Below are positions 1 to 9,369 of a DNA stretch of 64,000 bases, in pieces; position 1 is the first letter of the stretch, and the number at the start of each line of letters is the position of its first letter. The notes under the pieces were generated by a model. It saw nothing but the letters and a program-made list of their open reading frames with translations, was not told where the DNA came from and made no database searches. The position numbers and the translations under genes were made by a program. The DNA is from Patescibacteria group bacterium. GTDB lineage: Bacteria > Patescibacteriota > Microgenomatia > 0-14-0-10-38-17. Location of the stretch: assembly GCA_050953885.1 (NCBI GenBank), contig JBMNNJ010000001.1, positions 9,137-73,136 of the forward strand, in the 5' to 3' direction.

Positions 1-151
1 CCTTATTTATCCGATAATTATCCTGTTTCATCCCGTGTGCTTCTTTATTAGTATAAAATTTAACTATTTAATAGTTTGATTTAACACGATGCTTAATACA
101 AATTTTCTTCATTGACAATTTCTTTTCCAAAAGGTTAAAATAGAAAGCAAG

Positions 152-613
152 ATGGGCGGGGAAAATTATTGGTTTTTGGGAATTTTGGCGGCGTGGCTGG
201 CGGCCCTAACGATTCTTTTTATTTTTCTTTACCGCCGCGTGGTGAAAATTTTTTCTACCGAGAAAAACCCCTCCTTTGACAAAATCTTAGATCAGTTAAT
301 CGCCTCGGTGAAAAAAAATGGCGGAGAAATTAAGAAAAATCAGGAGCAAGTTAAAATTTTAGCAAAAGAAGGCCAGTTTCATATCCAAAAAATAGGCCTA
401 GTGCGCTTTAATCCTTTTTCCCAAACCGGCGGGAATCAAAGCTTTTCTTTGGCCTTGCTTGATGGGAATAATGATGGTATTGTGATTAGCAGTCTTCATA
501 ATCGGGAAGAAACAAGGGTTTATGCTAAAATAGTGAAGAAGGGAGAGTCAGAAAAAGAAATGCCCTTTTCCGATGAAGAGAGGGAAGCCATTCGTCAAGC
601 TTTAAAAAAATGA
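152..613 (+). CDS. small membrane protein, DUF4446-like
   Basis: ORF with N-terminal TM helix (WFLGILAAWLAALTILFIFLY) and charged C-terminal domain; resemblance to DUF4446 is from memory. Confidence 0.4.
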   Translation: MGGENYWFLGILAAWLAALTILFIFLYRRVVKIFSTEKNPSFDKILDQLIASVKKNGGEIKKNQEQVKILAKEGQFHIQKIGLVRFNPFSQTGGNQSFSLALLDGNNDGIVISSLHNREETRVYAKIVKKGESEKEMPFSDEEREAIRQALKK

Positions 614-1824
614 AAAAGATATTTAAAAATCCTCGATTAACTTTAGTAAGTGGCGGTTTATTGCTTTATTTAGCGGCCACGGGTATTTCTTACGCGGTTT
701 TTAGCGCCGCCAAAACAAGCGTGGTGGTTTCTCCTCTTTCGGAGGAAAAGGAAACGACGGGAGTGACGACGATTGATACCAGCGGGCCGCGGGATCAAGA
801 GTGTCCTTTAAATGGGGCTTATTTTACTAAAGGCGAACGGGAGGTTTGGGAGAAGCGGCGGCCATTAGCGGTGATGATTGAAAATCATGCGGACAGCCGG
901 CCGCAATCGGGCCTTTCCCGGGCAGATGTGGTTTATGAAGCGGTGGCGGAAGGAGGGATTAGCCGCTTTTTAGCGGTTTTTTATTGCGGGGCGGCGGCGG
1001 GTTCGGCTAAGCCTTATGATGTGGGACCGGTGCGCTCGGCGCGTACTTATTTCTTGGATTGGGCCTCTGAATATGCCGATTATCCTTTATATCTTCATGT
1101 GGGCGGAGCGGGGAAATGCGATGATCCGACGGTGGCTAAAGAGGCAAAGGCGCTTTGTCAGATTGAGCAGTATGGTTGGAAAGATAAAGGCAGTTGGAGC
1201 GACTTGGACCAGTTTTCTCTTCCCTATCAGGCTTGCCATCGGGAAATGACCCGCACCGGTCGCGAAGTGGCCACCGAGCACACGATGTACTGCGATACGG
1301 CTAATGTTTGGAAAATTGCCGAAGAGCGGGGTTTAACGAACGAAACGGCCAAAACAGGAGAAAAATGGGATGAGAATTTTCGGCCTTGGCTTTTTAAAGA
1401 GGAAGCGGCTTTGGAGGAAAGAGGTGAAGCCGCCAGTCCGATTAAAATTTATTTTTGGTCCAACCAGCCTCAATATGAGGTGGCGTGGGAATATAATCGG
1501 GAAGAAAATGTTTATAAACGTTCTAACGGCGGGCAGGAGCATATTGATTTTCTCACCGGTCAGCCGTTGACGGCCAAAGTGGTGGTGGTCCAATTTGCTA
1601 AAGAAACAACCGGCGTTGATGAGCATAAACATCTTCTTTACAAAACCACCGGCGAGGGCGAGGCTTTAATCTTTCAGGATGGTAAGGTGGTTCAGGCGAC
1701 GTGGGAAAAACCAAGTCGGACATCAAGAACGATTTTTAGTGATAAGAGCGGCCGGGAAATTCGTTTTAACCGTGGTCAAATTTGGGTTGAGGTTGTGCCT
1801 GCCGGTAACAAAATTACCTATTAA
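610..1824 (+). CDS. DUF3048 (YerB-like) secreted/lipoprotein
   Basis: N-terminal signal/TM; motif PLAVMIENHADSRPQSGLSRADVVYEAVAEGGISRFLAVF typical of DUF3048; overlaps upstream ORF by 4 nt (operon). Confidence 0.6.
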   Translation: MKKIFKNPRLTLVSGGLLLYLAATGISYAVFSAAKTSVVVSPLSEEKETTGVTTIDTSGPRDQECPLNGAYFTKGEREVWEKRRPLAVMIENHADSRPQSGLSRADVVYEAVAEGGISRFLAVFYCGAAAGSAKPYDVGPVRSARTYFLDWASEYADYPLYLHVGGAGKCDDPTVAKEAKALCQIEQYGWKDKGSWSDLDQFSLPYQACHREMTRTGREVATEHTMYCDTANVWKIAEERGLTNETAKTGEKWDENFRPWLFKEEAALEERGEAASPIKIYFWSNQPQYEVAWEYNREENVYKRSNGGQEHIDFLTGQPLTAKVVVVQFAKETTGVDEHKHLLYKTTGEGEALIFQDGKVVQATWEKPSRTSRTIFSDKSGREIRFNRGQIWVEVVPAGNKITY

Positions 1825-1826
1825 CT

Positions 1827-2408
1827 GTGTCGGGTTTTCTTTTTACTTCCCGTGTTCGGGAGAAAATTTTAGCGGAATTTTTTGCCCATCCCAAAACGAT
1901 GCTTTACGGCCGGCAATTAGGGCGTAATTTAGGTGAGCAGAGTAACGCTGTTCGTCGGGAACTTCTCAATTTAGAAAAAGAAGGAGTTTTGCGGTCCGAG
2001 AAAAGGGGCAATCGCCTTTATTTTTCTCTTAATTCCGAGCATCTCTTTTTCCCCGACCTTGAGGCTATTTTTGCCAAAAAAAATGCCTTGGGGGCGGCAA
2101 TAATTAAAAATAAGGGCCGATTGGGGAAAGTTAAGGCTGTTTTTTTCACGCGGCGTTTCCTTCGCCAATTACCACGACAGGAAAAGGAAGAAGTGGATAT
2201 TTTAGTAGTGGGCGAGGTGATTTTGCCGGAATTAGCGGCCTTGGTGGCCAAAGAGGAAGAAAGACGGGGGGAGGAGATTAATTATACGGTTATGGACGAG
2301 AAAGAATTCCGCTTTCGTCTTTCGGGAAAAGATCCTTTTTTAACCGATTTTCTTATTAAGCCGCGGGTAACAATTTTGGGCGACGAACTTTCTCTTTTGG
2401 CGGCCTGA
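1827..2408 (+). CDS. winged-helix transcriptional regulator-like protein
   Basis: N-terminal wHTH-like segment (GRQLGRNLGEQSNAVRRELLNLEKEGVL); C-terminal domain unknown. Confidence 0.35.
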   Translation: MSGFLFTSRVREKILAEFFAHPKTMLYGRQLGRNLGEQSNAVRRELLNLEKEGVLRSEKRGNRLYFSLNSEHLFFPDLEAIFAKKNALGAAIIKNKGRLGKVKAVFFTRRFLRQLPRQEKEEVDILVVGEVILPELAALVAKEEERRGEEINYTVMDEKEFRFRLSGKDPFLTDFLIKPRVTILGDELSLLAA

Positions 2409-2426
2409 ATCAATTTCCCAAAAATT

Positions 2427-3800
2427 ATGAAAAGAACAAAACGCCTTTTTTGGTTAATTTTACTTTTAAGTTTAATTTGCCTTTATTTAAATCTTCCCGA
2501 AAAGCTGCCTTTGCGTTTTTCTTTTTTAGGACTTTCGGTAGATAAGGAGCTTAGTATCCCCCACCCGACAATTTCTTTTTTGGGAATAAGCATTCCTACC
2601 GCTTATCCCTTGCGTTTGGGAATGGATTTGGCGGGTGGCTCCCACTTGGTTTTTGAAACCGAAGTGGCGGGTCGGCCGGTAGAGGAGGTATCCTCGATTG
2701 AGGAAAGCCTGCGGGAAAATATCAGGCGGCGGGTGGATCTTTATGGGGTGAGCGAGGCAAGGGTAGAAACGGCGCGGGAACAGGATAACTTGCGATTAAT
2801 TGTGGAATTACCGGGAGTGGAGGAAACCGAGGAAGCGGTGGCCTTAATTGGCCAAACTGCCCAACTTGATTTTCGCCGTCAGATTGACGAGGCCAGCCCT
2901 TCGGCAGGTTTTGTTTCCACCGACTTAACCGGGGCAGATCTTAAAAAAGCGGGTATTGACTTTGACCCAACAACGGGCGAGCCTTTAATTACTTTAGAAT
3001 TTAGTCCGGAGGGAAGGGAAAAATTTGCCCGTTTAACCGAGGAAACAGTGGGGCAGATTTTGGCGATTTTTTTAGACGAAATGCCCCTTTCCTTGCCGGT
3101 GGTAGAGGAGCCGATTAAAGAAGGCAATGCGGTGATTAAGGGGGAATTTTCTTTGGAGGAGGCAAGAAAATTAGTGGCCCAGATGAATGCCGGAGCCTTG
3201 CCGGTTTCCTTAAAGCTGGTGGAACAGCGAACGGTAGAGGCGTCTTTAGGACAGGAAGCGGTTCGCCAAAGCCTTTGGGCCGGGGCGGTGGGAATTTTGG
3301 CGGTGATGATTTTTATGTTTGCTTATTATGGTAAATTAGGTTTAATTGCCGATCTTGCCTTACTTATTTACGGTCTTTTAACCTTAACGCTTTATCGGCT
3401 TATTCCGGTAACCCTTACTCTGCCCGGCATTGCCGGTTTAATTTTGTCAATTGGGATGGCGGTGGACGCGAATATTTTAATTTTTGAGCGTTTAAGAGAA
3501 GAACAACGTCAGGGGAAAGAAGGGATGACAGCCTTGGAGCTGGCCTTTGGCCGAGCTTGGGATTCAATTCGCGATGCCAACGCTTGCACCATTATTACCG
3601 CTTTTATTCTGCTTAATCCCTTTGACTGGAGTTTTTTCCCCACCGCGGGGATGATCCGCGGCTTTGCCCTTACCTTAGGACTAGGAGTGGTGCTTTCTTT
3701 GTTTACCGGGGTGGTGGTGAGCCGAACGCTAATAAGAGTTTTAGGGAGAGGCAAAGCACACGGGGTTAAACAGGATAATTACCGGATAAATAAGGCATAA
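2427..3800 (+). CDS. secD: protein translocase subunit SecD
   Basis: N-terminal TM, periplasmic domain, C-terminal 6-TM block with SecD/SecF signature; followed by secF. Confidence 0.85.
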   Translation: MKRTKRLFWLILLLSLICLYLNLPEKLPLRFSFLGLSVDKELSIPHPTISFLGISIPTAYPLRLGMDLAGGSHLVFETEVAGRPVEEVSSIEESLRENIRRRVDLYGVSEARVETAREQDNLRLIVELPGVEETEEAVALIGQTAQLDFRRQIDEASPSAGFVSTDLTGADLKKAGIDFDPTTGEPLITLEFSPEGREKFARLTEETVGQILAIFLDEMPLSLPVVEEPIKEGNAVIKGEFSLEEARKLVAQMNAGALPVSLKLVEQRTVEASLGQEAVRQSLWAGAVGILAVMIFMFAYYGKLGLIADLALLIYGLLTLTLYRLIPVTLTLPGIAGLILSIGMAVDANILIFERLREEQRQGKEGMTALELAFGRAWDSIRDANACTIITAFILLNPFDWSFFPTAGMIRGFALTLGLGVVLSLFTGVVVSRTLIRVLGRGKAHGVKQDNYRINKA

Positions 3801-3950
3801 TGGGTAATAAGAAAGCGCAAAGCGTAAAACGCAAAGATTAGAACCTAATTCAAAATTTAAAAGTCAAAAGTACAAGTTAAAATTAAAAAGTAGAGCAAAA
3901 AAAACTTTTAACTTTGATCCGCCGGCTGGCGGATTGACTTTTACCTTTTG
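3801..3950. repeat. AAAAG-heptamer palindromic element between secD and secF
   Basis: gcgcaaagcgtaaaacgcaaag...caaaatttaaaagtcaaaagtacaagttaaaatt...ccgccggctggcgg...ttttgcgc. Confidence 0.55.
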
Positions 3951-3967
3951 AATTATTTTTGCGCCAG

Positions 3968-4017
3968 TCATTCGCTCATTCGTGTCCATTCGTTTATCAT
4001 TCGTGTTAATTCGTGTC
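3968..4017. repeat. phased ACGAAT tandem repeat block (copy 1, inverted orientation: CATTCG units)
   Basis: tcattcgctcattcgtgtccattcgtttatcattcgtgttaattcgtgtc is the reverse complement of gacacgaatt aacacgaatg ataaacgaatg gacacgaatg agcgaatga. Confidence 0.6.
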
Positions 4018-4915
4018 TTTTAACAATTTAATAATAAAATTTTTTATGAATTTTCTTAAATACCGTTATATCAGTTTTATTATTTCCGGACTTTTGCTGG
4101 GTTTGGCGGTTTTTTCGCTGGCCCGCTTTGGTTTGGTTTTGTCGCTTGATTTTACCGGCGGTTCGCTTTTGGAGGTAAAGCTTGGTCAGGAGGCTTCCAG
4201 CGGCGATCTTTGGACAGCCTTTGAGGAAAATAAAGTGGCTGTTTCTCAAATTCAAGAAACGCAGGAAGGCAGTTTCTTGATTCGCTTTGAGAACGATAAG
4301 AGTCAGGAGGAAATTTTGGCAGTTTTGACAGAAAACTTTGGGTCGGTGGAGAAATTACGCTTTGAAACAGTGAGCCCGACGATGGGGGGAGAATTATTTA
4401 CTAAGGCTTTAACCGCCTTGGTGGTGGCGGTGGCGCTGATTTTGCTTTACCTAAGTTGGCGATTCAAAAGCTATCAATTTGGTGTTTTTGCGATTTTGGC
4501 AATGCTTCATGACGCCCTTATTTTAACTGGTGTTTTTTCTCTTTTGGGAAAAGCCAGGGAAGTGGGAGTGGACGCGCTTTTCATCACCGCTCTTTTAACC
4601 ACCCTTTCCTCGTCGGTTCATGATACGGTGGTTACCTTTGATTACATTCGCAAGCAAACCGGACGCTTTTTTAGCGCGGATAATCTTGAAGAAATTGCCA
4701 ATAAGGCCTTAAACCAAACAATAGTACGCAATATTAACAATTCTCTAACGATTATTTTTATGTTAACGGCGGCGCTTCTTTTAGGCGGGGAGACGATTCG
4801 TTGGTTTGTGGTGGCTTTATTGGTGGGAACAATTTTAGGAACTTATTCTTCTACCTTTTTGGCGGTGCCGCTTTTGGTTACCTTTGAAGAGTGGCGGCGG
4901 AGGAGAAAAAAATAG
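4013..4915 (+). CDS. secF: protein translocase subunit SecF (true start may be M at 4046)
   Basis: SecF-like TM topology and the conserved LDFTGGS motif; located downstream of secD. Confidence 0.85.
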   Translation: MSFNNLIIKFFMNFLKYRYISFIISGLLLGLAVFSLARFGLVLSLDFTGGSLLEVKLGQEASSGDLWTAFEENKVAVSQIQETQEGSFLIRFENDKSQEEILAVLTENFGSVEKLRFETVSPTMGGELFTKALTALVVAVALILLYLSWRFKSYQFGVFAILAMLHDALILTGVFSLLGKAREVGVDALFITALLTTLSSSVHDTVVTFDYIRKQTGRFFSADNLEEIANKALNQTIVRNINNSLTIIFMLTAALLLGGETIRWFVVALLVGTILGTYSSTFLAVPLLVTFEEWRRRRKK

Positions 4916-4938
4916 CCTTTGATTAACAGTAGTTCGTT

Positions 4939-4975
4939 ATCCTGATGAAAATCAGGATCTACTTTTCTGGGTTTT
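4939..4975 (+). terminator. rho-independent terminator after secF (hairpin ATCCTGATgaaaATCAGGAT + U-rich tract)
   Basis: Perfect 8-bp stem 4939-4958 followed by cuacuuuucuggguuuu; lies between convergent secF and cca genes. Confidence 0.6.
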
Positions 4976-5007
4976 AACGATGTTTTTCCCGCCAGTTGAG
5001 TAAGGTC

Positions 5008-6414
5008 TTATTTAGTTTTAATTTTTTCTATTTCCCGCAAGAGAGCGTCGCGATCGTTTTCCAGTTTGCCTTCTTCTACTTGGGCAAAAATTTCCTTAAG
5101 TACTTGGCCTACTTTTGGCCCGGGGGGAATATTTAGGCTTTCCATCACATCGTGTCCGTCTATTTTTAAATCGGTAACGCTAAATGGTTGTTTTTGAACT
5201 TCAATGAGGCGTTTTTTAAATTCTTCGGTGCGCCAGGAAGTTTTTTTCGCCCCGCTGCCCAGCCGGTCGCCGGTGCGCAGGGCCAGCATATCCTCCACAT
5301 TTTCCGGACCTACGCGACGCAGGAAACGCTTTAGGGCCTTATCGGTTTGATTTTCCGAAACCGAGAATTGATGCCAACGAACGAGACGATAAAGACGGTC
5401 TAAATCTTTATTGGAAAGGCGCAAGCGTTGGCCAATTTGGCGGGCCATTTTGGCGCCCACCACCTCGTGGTTATAAAAAGTGCGTTCGCCATTAATTTCG
5501 GCCACTACTTGGGGCTTACCGATATCATGAAGAAGGGTGGCCAGGCGGACAATCGGATCACTTGAGGGGCAGAACTGAACGGCAAGAAGAGAGTGGCGCC
5601 AAACATCCCAAAGATGGTGGCCCTTTTGTGTTAAATTATAGGCAGGAAGAAGTTCCGGAAAAATGTGTTCTAAAAGGCCGGTTTCGCGTAGAAGATTAAA
5701 GCCTTTTTCTACCTGATTGCTGGTTAAAATTTTAAAAATTTCTTCGCGAATTCGTTCCCCGGAGACTTTTTTAATTAGGACGGCGTTTTTTTTAATCGCC
5801 TGAAGGGTTTTCTTCTCGATTTCAAAGTCTAAAACGGTGGCTAAGCGAATTGCCCGTAAAAGCCGTAAAGCGTCTTCGGCAAAGCGTTCGTCGGGATTGC
5901 CGACGGCGCGAATCAGTTTTTTTTCTAAATCTTCTTGACCGCCAAAAGGGTCAATTAATTCCCACCCGGCGCTAAGATCCTGCTTTTTGGTTTGGGGGTT
6001 AATCTTGGGGCCTAAAGCCATGGCGTTAATGGTAAAGTCGCGGCGTGATAAATCTTCTTTAATGGTTTTTCCCCAAAAAATCTGGTCCGGATGGCGAAAA
6101 TCACCATAGCCTTTTTCTGAGCGGTAGGTGGTAATTTCAATGGGAGTAAATTTCGGGTGGGGGATTTTGACCGTGCCGTATTGATTGTCATAAAAACTTT
6201 CTTCAAAAAAACTTTGAACTTTTTCCGGTGGGGCGTTGGTGGCAAAATCCCAGTTGGTAATTTCTTTTTTTCCCAAGAGGATGTCGCGCACCGCGCCGCC
6301 AACCAAATAAATTTCCCCACCCGCGGCAATGAATTTTTCAAAAATAGCGTTGATTTCTTGGGGTAAGGGATAAGAAGACGGTTTATTTTCCCCAATGGTG
6401 TTATTATTTACCAT
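5008..6414 (-). CDS. cca: CCA-adding enzyme / tRNA nucleotidyltransferase with HD domain
   Basis: PolyA-polymerase family head (GGAVRD), HD domain (HDIGK), tRNA-binding C-terminus. Confidence 0.8.
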   Translation of the reverse strand: MVNNNTIGENKPSSYPLPQEINAIFEKFIAAGGEIYLVGGAVRDILLGKKEITNWDFATNAPPEKVQSFFEESFYDNQYGTVKIPHPKFTPIEITTYRSEKGYGDFRHPDQIFWGKTIKEDLSRRDFTINAMALGPKINPQTKKQDLSAGWELIDPFGGQEDLEKKLIRAVGNPDERFAEDALRLLRAIRLATVLDFEIEKKTLQAIKKNAVLIKKVSGERIREEIFKILTSNQVEKGFNLLRETGLLEHIFPELLPAYNLTQKGHHLWDVWRHSLLAVQFCPSSDPIVRLATLLHDIGKPQVVAEINGERTFYNHEVVGAKMARQIGQRLRLSNKDLDRLYRLVRWHQFSVSENQTDKALKRFLRRVGPENVEDMLALRTGDRLGSGAKKTSWRTEEFKKRLIEVQKQPFSVTDLKIDGHDVMESLNIPPGPKVGQVLKEIFAQVEEGKLENDRDALLREIEKIKTK

Positions 6415-6574
6415 GACTTTATTATAGCAAACAGGAAGCGTTGGTTCTTCTTGCCGCTTTTTGATTAGTAAATAACCCTATAGCTTGATAATTTCTCTTC
6501 ATTATCATTTATAACGGGAAAGCGACGCTTTTAAACTTTCGGCTTGGAAAAAATAAAGCACGGGGTAATTATTT

Positions 6575-7423
6575 TTAAGAGAGAAGCGTTTGGGCTTCTT
6601 CAAAAATAGCGGCGGCTTTTTTAGGGGGGATTTTGGCCTTGCGGGTAAAGTTAGGCCATTTTTTAAGCAGGTCTTTAACCAAGATAATTTTTTCCTCAAA
6701 GCACTGGCGGGCAAGATCGTCATCAAGAGAAGGGAGAATGGTTATCGGATAAAGATTTTGGCTTTCAATTAAATACTCCAAGCCGCGTTCTTGGGGATAG
6801 CGCCAGCCTAAAAGTTCAAGATGATAGCATTGGGCAAATTTTTGACTTCGGTGGGTAAATTTAGCATCAGTTACTAAGATAAAACTAATTTCTTTTTGGA
6901 AAAAAGCGGGGGTTTTAAAAAGTTCTCCTTTTTTAAGATCAAGAAATTTAGCGTAATTTTCCAAGATAATTTCGCTGGGGATTTTTTGTTTTGCCAAGGC
7001 GTGACGGAATTTGCACTCGCCGATGAATAATTCTTTTTCTTTCTGAGCCAAAAAATCAATTTCGTAGGTAAGGCAGTAACCTTTAAGATGCTGGTTGAGA
7101 AAAACCTCCCAGCCTTGATTTTCAAAAAGAGCGCCCACGTATTTTTCAAAAGGAAAACCGGTGGGGCCAAGACGCTGGATAGCTTTTTTAAGAGAAAACC
7201 GGATCCCCGCCTTGGGTTCATTTTCGTGAAGACGTTTTAGGACTTCTTCGTGAATGAGGGCGGTGGAGATGCCCGGGTAAACCAAGAGGCTAATCTCGTC
7301 GGCAATTTTTGTGGCTAATTTTTTAGAGGCGCCAGCCCGCCGCGCGCTTGAAAAAACCTTTTTCCAAGAAAAAGGTTCTTTTTGTCCCGCAAGATTAATA
7401 ACATAAAGAGGCTCTTCGACCAT
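6575..7423 (-). CDS. ATP-cone domain protein fused to Mrr-like restriction-endonuclease catalytic domain
   Basis: N-terminal ATP-cone (YVINLAGQKEPFSWKKV...); C-terminal D...E.K motif (EIDFLAQKEKELFIGECKFR) typical of Mrr_cat. Confidence 0.55.
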   Translation of the reverse strand: MVEEPLYVINLAGQKEPFSWKKVFSSARRAGASKKLATKIADEISLLVYPGISTALIHEEVLKRLHENEPKAGIRFSLKKAIQRLGPTGFPFEKYVGALFENQGWEVFLNQHLKGYCLTYEIDFLAQKEKELFIGECKFRHALAKQKIPSEIILENYAKFLDLKKGELFKTPAFFQKEISFILVTDAKFTHRSQKFAQCYHLELLGWRYPQERGLEYLIESQNLYPITILPSLDDDLARQCFEEKIILVKDLLKKWPNFTRKAKIPPKKAAAIFEEAQTLLS

Positions 7424-7488
7424 CTTTTTAAGTATAGCAGGTTTTAAATAATAGTGATTTTTGAAAAAATAGTATAATATCAGTTATT

Positions 7489-8016
7489 ATGGGAAAAGAA
7501 AGAGAGAACTATAGCAGTGAGGATATTGATCGGAAAGGCACTAATTGCTCTTCTTTTTGTGCCTCTTTTTTGAGGTTGGGGGAAAATTATGGTCGGAAGA
7601 TAGAAGTGGAAGAGTGGCTTTCAAGATTAGTGGAGTCGTCAACAGCAATTTATGAAAATCTTGATGAATCTTTGGCGGCGCCAATTAGTGATATTATTTA
7701 TCACTTTGTAGATGAAGGAAAAGAAAAAGAGGCTTTTGCCCAATTCCCCTGCCTCTTATCACCCGAAGAAAGCCAATATTTTGCCGTGGAGTCATTATTT
7801 TTTATAGGCTTTGAAGTCGGTAGCCAAAAATTTAAGAATTTATCGGAGGAGGAGTCTTTTAGAAGAACCTTTACAATTCTTAAAAAGATACGTTTTTTAA
7901 ATGACCAAGGCGAGGAATTTTCGTCAAAAGTATTTAGCGAAGGAGTGTTTTTGGGTAAATTATTTAAGGGCAGGAACACAATATTCTTAAAAACATATCC
8001 CTTTTGTCTCAATTAA
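7489..8016 (+). CDS. hypothetical protein
   Basis: ORF only; no recognisable motif. Confidence 0.3.
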   Translation: MGKERENYSSEDIDRKGTNCSSFCASFLRLGENYGRKIEVEEWLSRLVESSTAIYENLDESLAAPISDIIYHFVDEGKEKEAFAQFPCLLSPEESQYFAVESLFFIGFEVGSQKFKNLSEEESFRRTFTILKKIRFLNDQGEEFSSKVFSEGVFLGKLFKGRNTIFLKTYPFCLN

Positions 8017-8044
8017 ATTAAGTTTTTTCCGAGGTTCGAACCTT
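8014..8044. repeat. short CCGAGGTTCGAACC palindromic hairpin (related to the CCGAGG hairpin family) between convergent genes
   Basis: ccgaggttcgaaccttgg palindrome; shares CCGAGGTTCGAA core with elements at 9261, 27843 and 34973. Confidence 0.5.
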
Positions 8045-8105
8045 GGGAAAAGGAAAGAAGTAAGCTTGGTAAAAAACCAAAAGCTTTGCTAAAATTTTTG
8101 GCTGA

Positions 8106-9236
8106 TTAATTTCCGAGCGCTTTTTCTGCCCGCCAAGAGGCTTGCGATTTTTCCCTGATGGTTAACCCGCTGGTTTGTCTGATGGCTTTTTCAATAATAG
8201 CCAAGCTTTCGTCATAGACTTTTCGGTTTACTGGATAAGGAGTGCCGTCTTTACCGCCGTGAGCAAAAGTGTAGCGAGCCGGGTCTTCATAAGACGGTTT
8301 GGCTGCGTAAATAACTTCGGCCACCAAGCTAATGGCTCTGATTGTTTTGGGGCCAACTCCTTTAGTCATTAAAAGTTTTTCAAAATTGTCCGGTCGGTTA
8401 ATTACCGCCTGATTCAAGGCTTTTTTAAACTGGGGGCTTTCAAAATTAAGAAATTCCCTTTCCACCGGATGATGAGAAAACTCCCCGCCGGGTAGCTTAA
8501 GGATTTTGAATTGCCAATCATCTTGAGTACTTTTTAAGAGCGCTAAATCGCGCCATAAGGTTTTGCTTGATTGCACCAATTCTACTCCCACTTCCCTGTT
8601 TTTTTGGCTTTTAGGCGCGGTTAGATCCAAAACATTTTTAAGAAAAACTTGGGAAGCAATACCGCAATGGGGAGCATCAATAAAGTCTTTTTTTTCATCT
8701 CCCCACCAGTGGTATCGCCTCGCTTTCCCTTTTTCAATATTCATTCCTTGTTGGATAACCGTCCACTGGCCATTTTTAACAAAAATAAAATTATGGTGGT
8801 AAATTTGAAAACTATCTTGCACCAGACTGCTGTCTACTTTGGCCGCCGCTCGCGAGGAATAAATTAATCTTTTTACCTTTTCCTCGTCTAATGATAGCCG
8901 CCAGCCCCAGTTTTTAATTTCGTCAGGAGTTTTTCTTGAAGTTTTTCCCTTGCCGCCGCAGATAAAAATTCCCAGATCTTTTTCCAGGCCTCGAAAAGCA
9001 AATTTCAGTGCCCCCAAGGTGGTGGTCGTTAGGCCGGAGGCGTTCCAATCAAAAGCCAAAACACAGCCCAAAGATTGGAACCAAACCGGATCGGCCAGCC
9101 TTTTTAAAAATTCCTCCGGCCCAAATTCCCTTATTACGGCAATGCCGATCGCTCGGGCTAATCGGACCATGCGGTTAAAAAGCCAGCGAGGACAACGGCC
9201 CCAATCAAGAGTAAAATCAGCCACGCCGGTTCTCAT
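8106..9236 (-). CDS. DUF763 domain protein
   Basis: N-terminus MRTGVADFTLDWGRCPRWLFNRMVRLARAI matches the conserved DUF763 start; length about 376 aa. Confidence 0.6.
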   Translation of the reverse strand: MRTGVADFTLDWGRCPRWLFNRMVRLARAIGIAVIREFGPEEFLKRLADPVWFQSLGCVLAFDWNASGLTTTTLGALKFAFRGLEKDLGIFICGGKGKTSRKTPDEIKNWGWRLSLDEEKVKRLIYSSRAAAKVDSSLVQDSFQIYHHNFIFVKNGQWTVIQQGMNIEKGKARRYHWWGDEKKDFIDAPHCGIASQVFLKNVLDLTAPKSQKNREVGVELVQSSKTLWRDLALLKSTQDDWQFKILKLPGGEFSHHPVEREFLNFESPQFKKALNQAVINRPDNFEKLLMTKGVGPKTIRAISLVAEVIYAAKPSYEDPARYTFAHGGKDGTPYPVNRKVYDESLAIIEKAIRQTSGLTIREKSQASWRAEKALGN

Positions 9237-9260
9237 AAGTTCATTTTAGCAAAAATTGCT

Positions 9261-9320
9261 TTTCCCGAGGTTCGAAGCTAATCAACCCCCGGAGTTAACT
9301 AGCTTCAAACCTCGGGAAAA
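9261..9320. repeat. 60-bp hairpin repeat element (CCGAGG family, copy A1)
   Basis: 20-bp inverted arms tttcccgaggttcgaagcta / tagcttcaaacctcgggaaa around loop atcaacccccggagttaac; sits in the divergent region between DUF763 and recJ. Confidence 0.7.
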
Positions 9321-9369
9321 GAGGCGTTTTGGTTTCTGGTGGTGGCAAGAGAAAGGTTTTTCTTCTATA

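Noticed and set aside
1016-1632. Several 64-99-aa ORFs on both strands within the DUF3048 gene
   Set aside because: They are nested within or antisense to a long ORF carrying a conserved domain, which is typical for GC-moderate sequence.
8014-8044. Bidirectional terminator between 7489-8016 and the DUF763 gene
   Set aside because: The hairpin has the T-run on its 5' side on the plus strand and only an A-run on the minus-strand 3' side, which is not a canonical intrinsic terminator in either direction.
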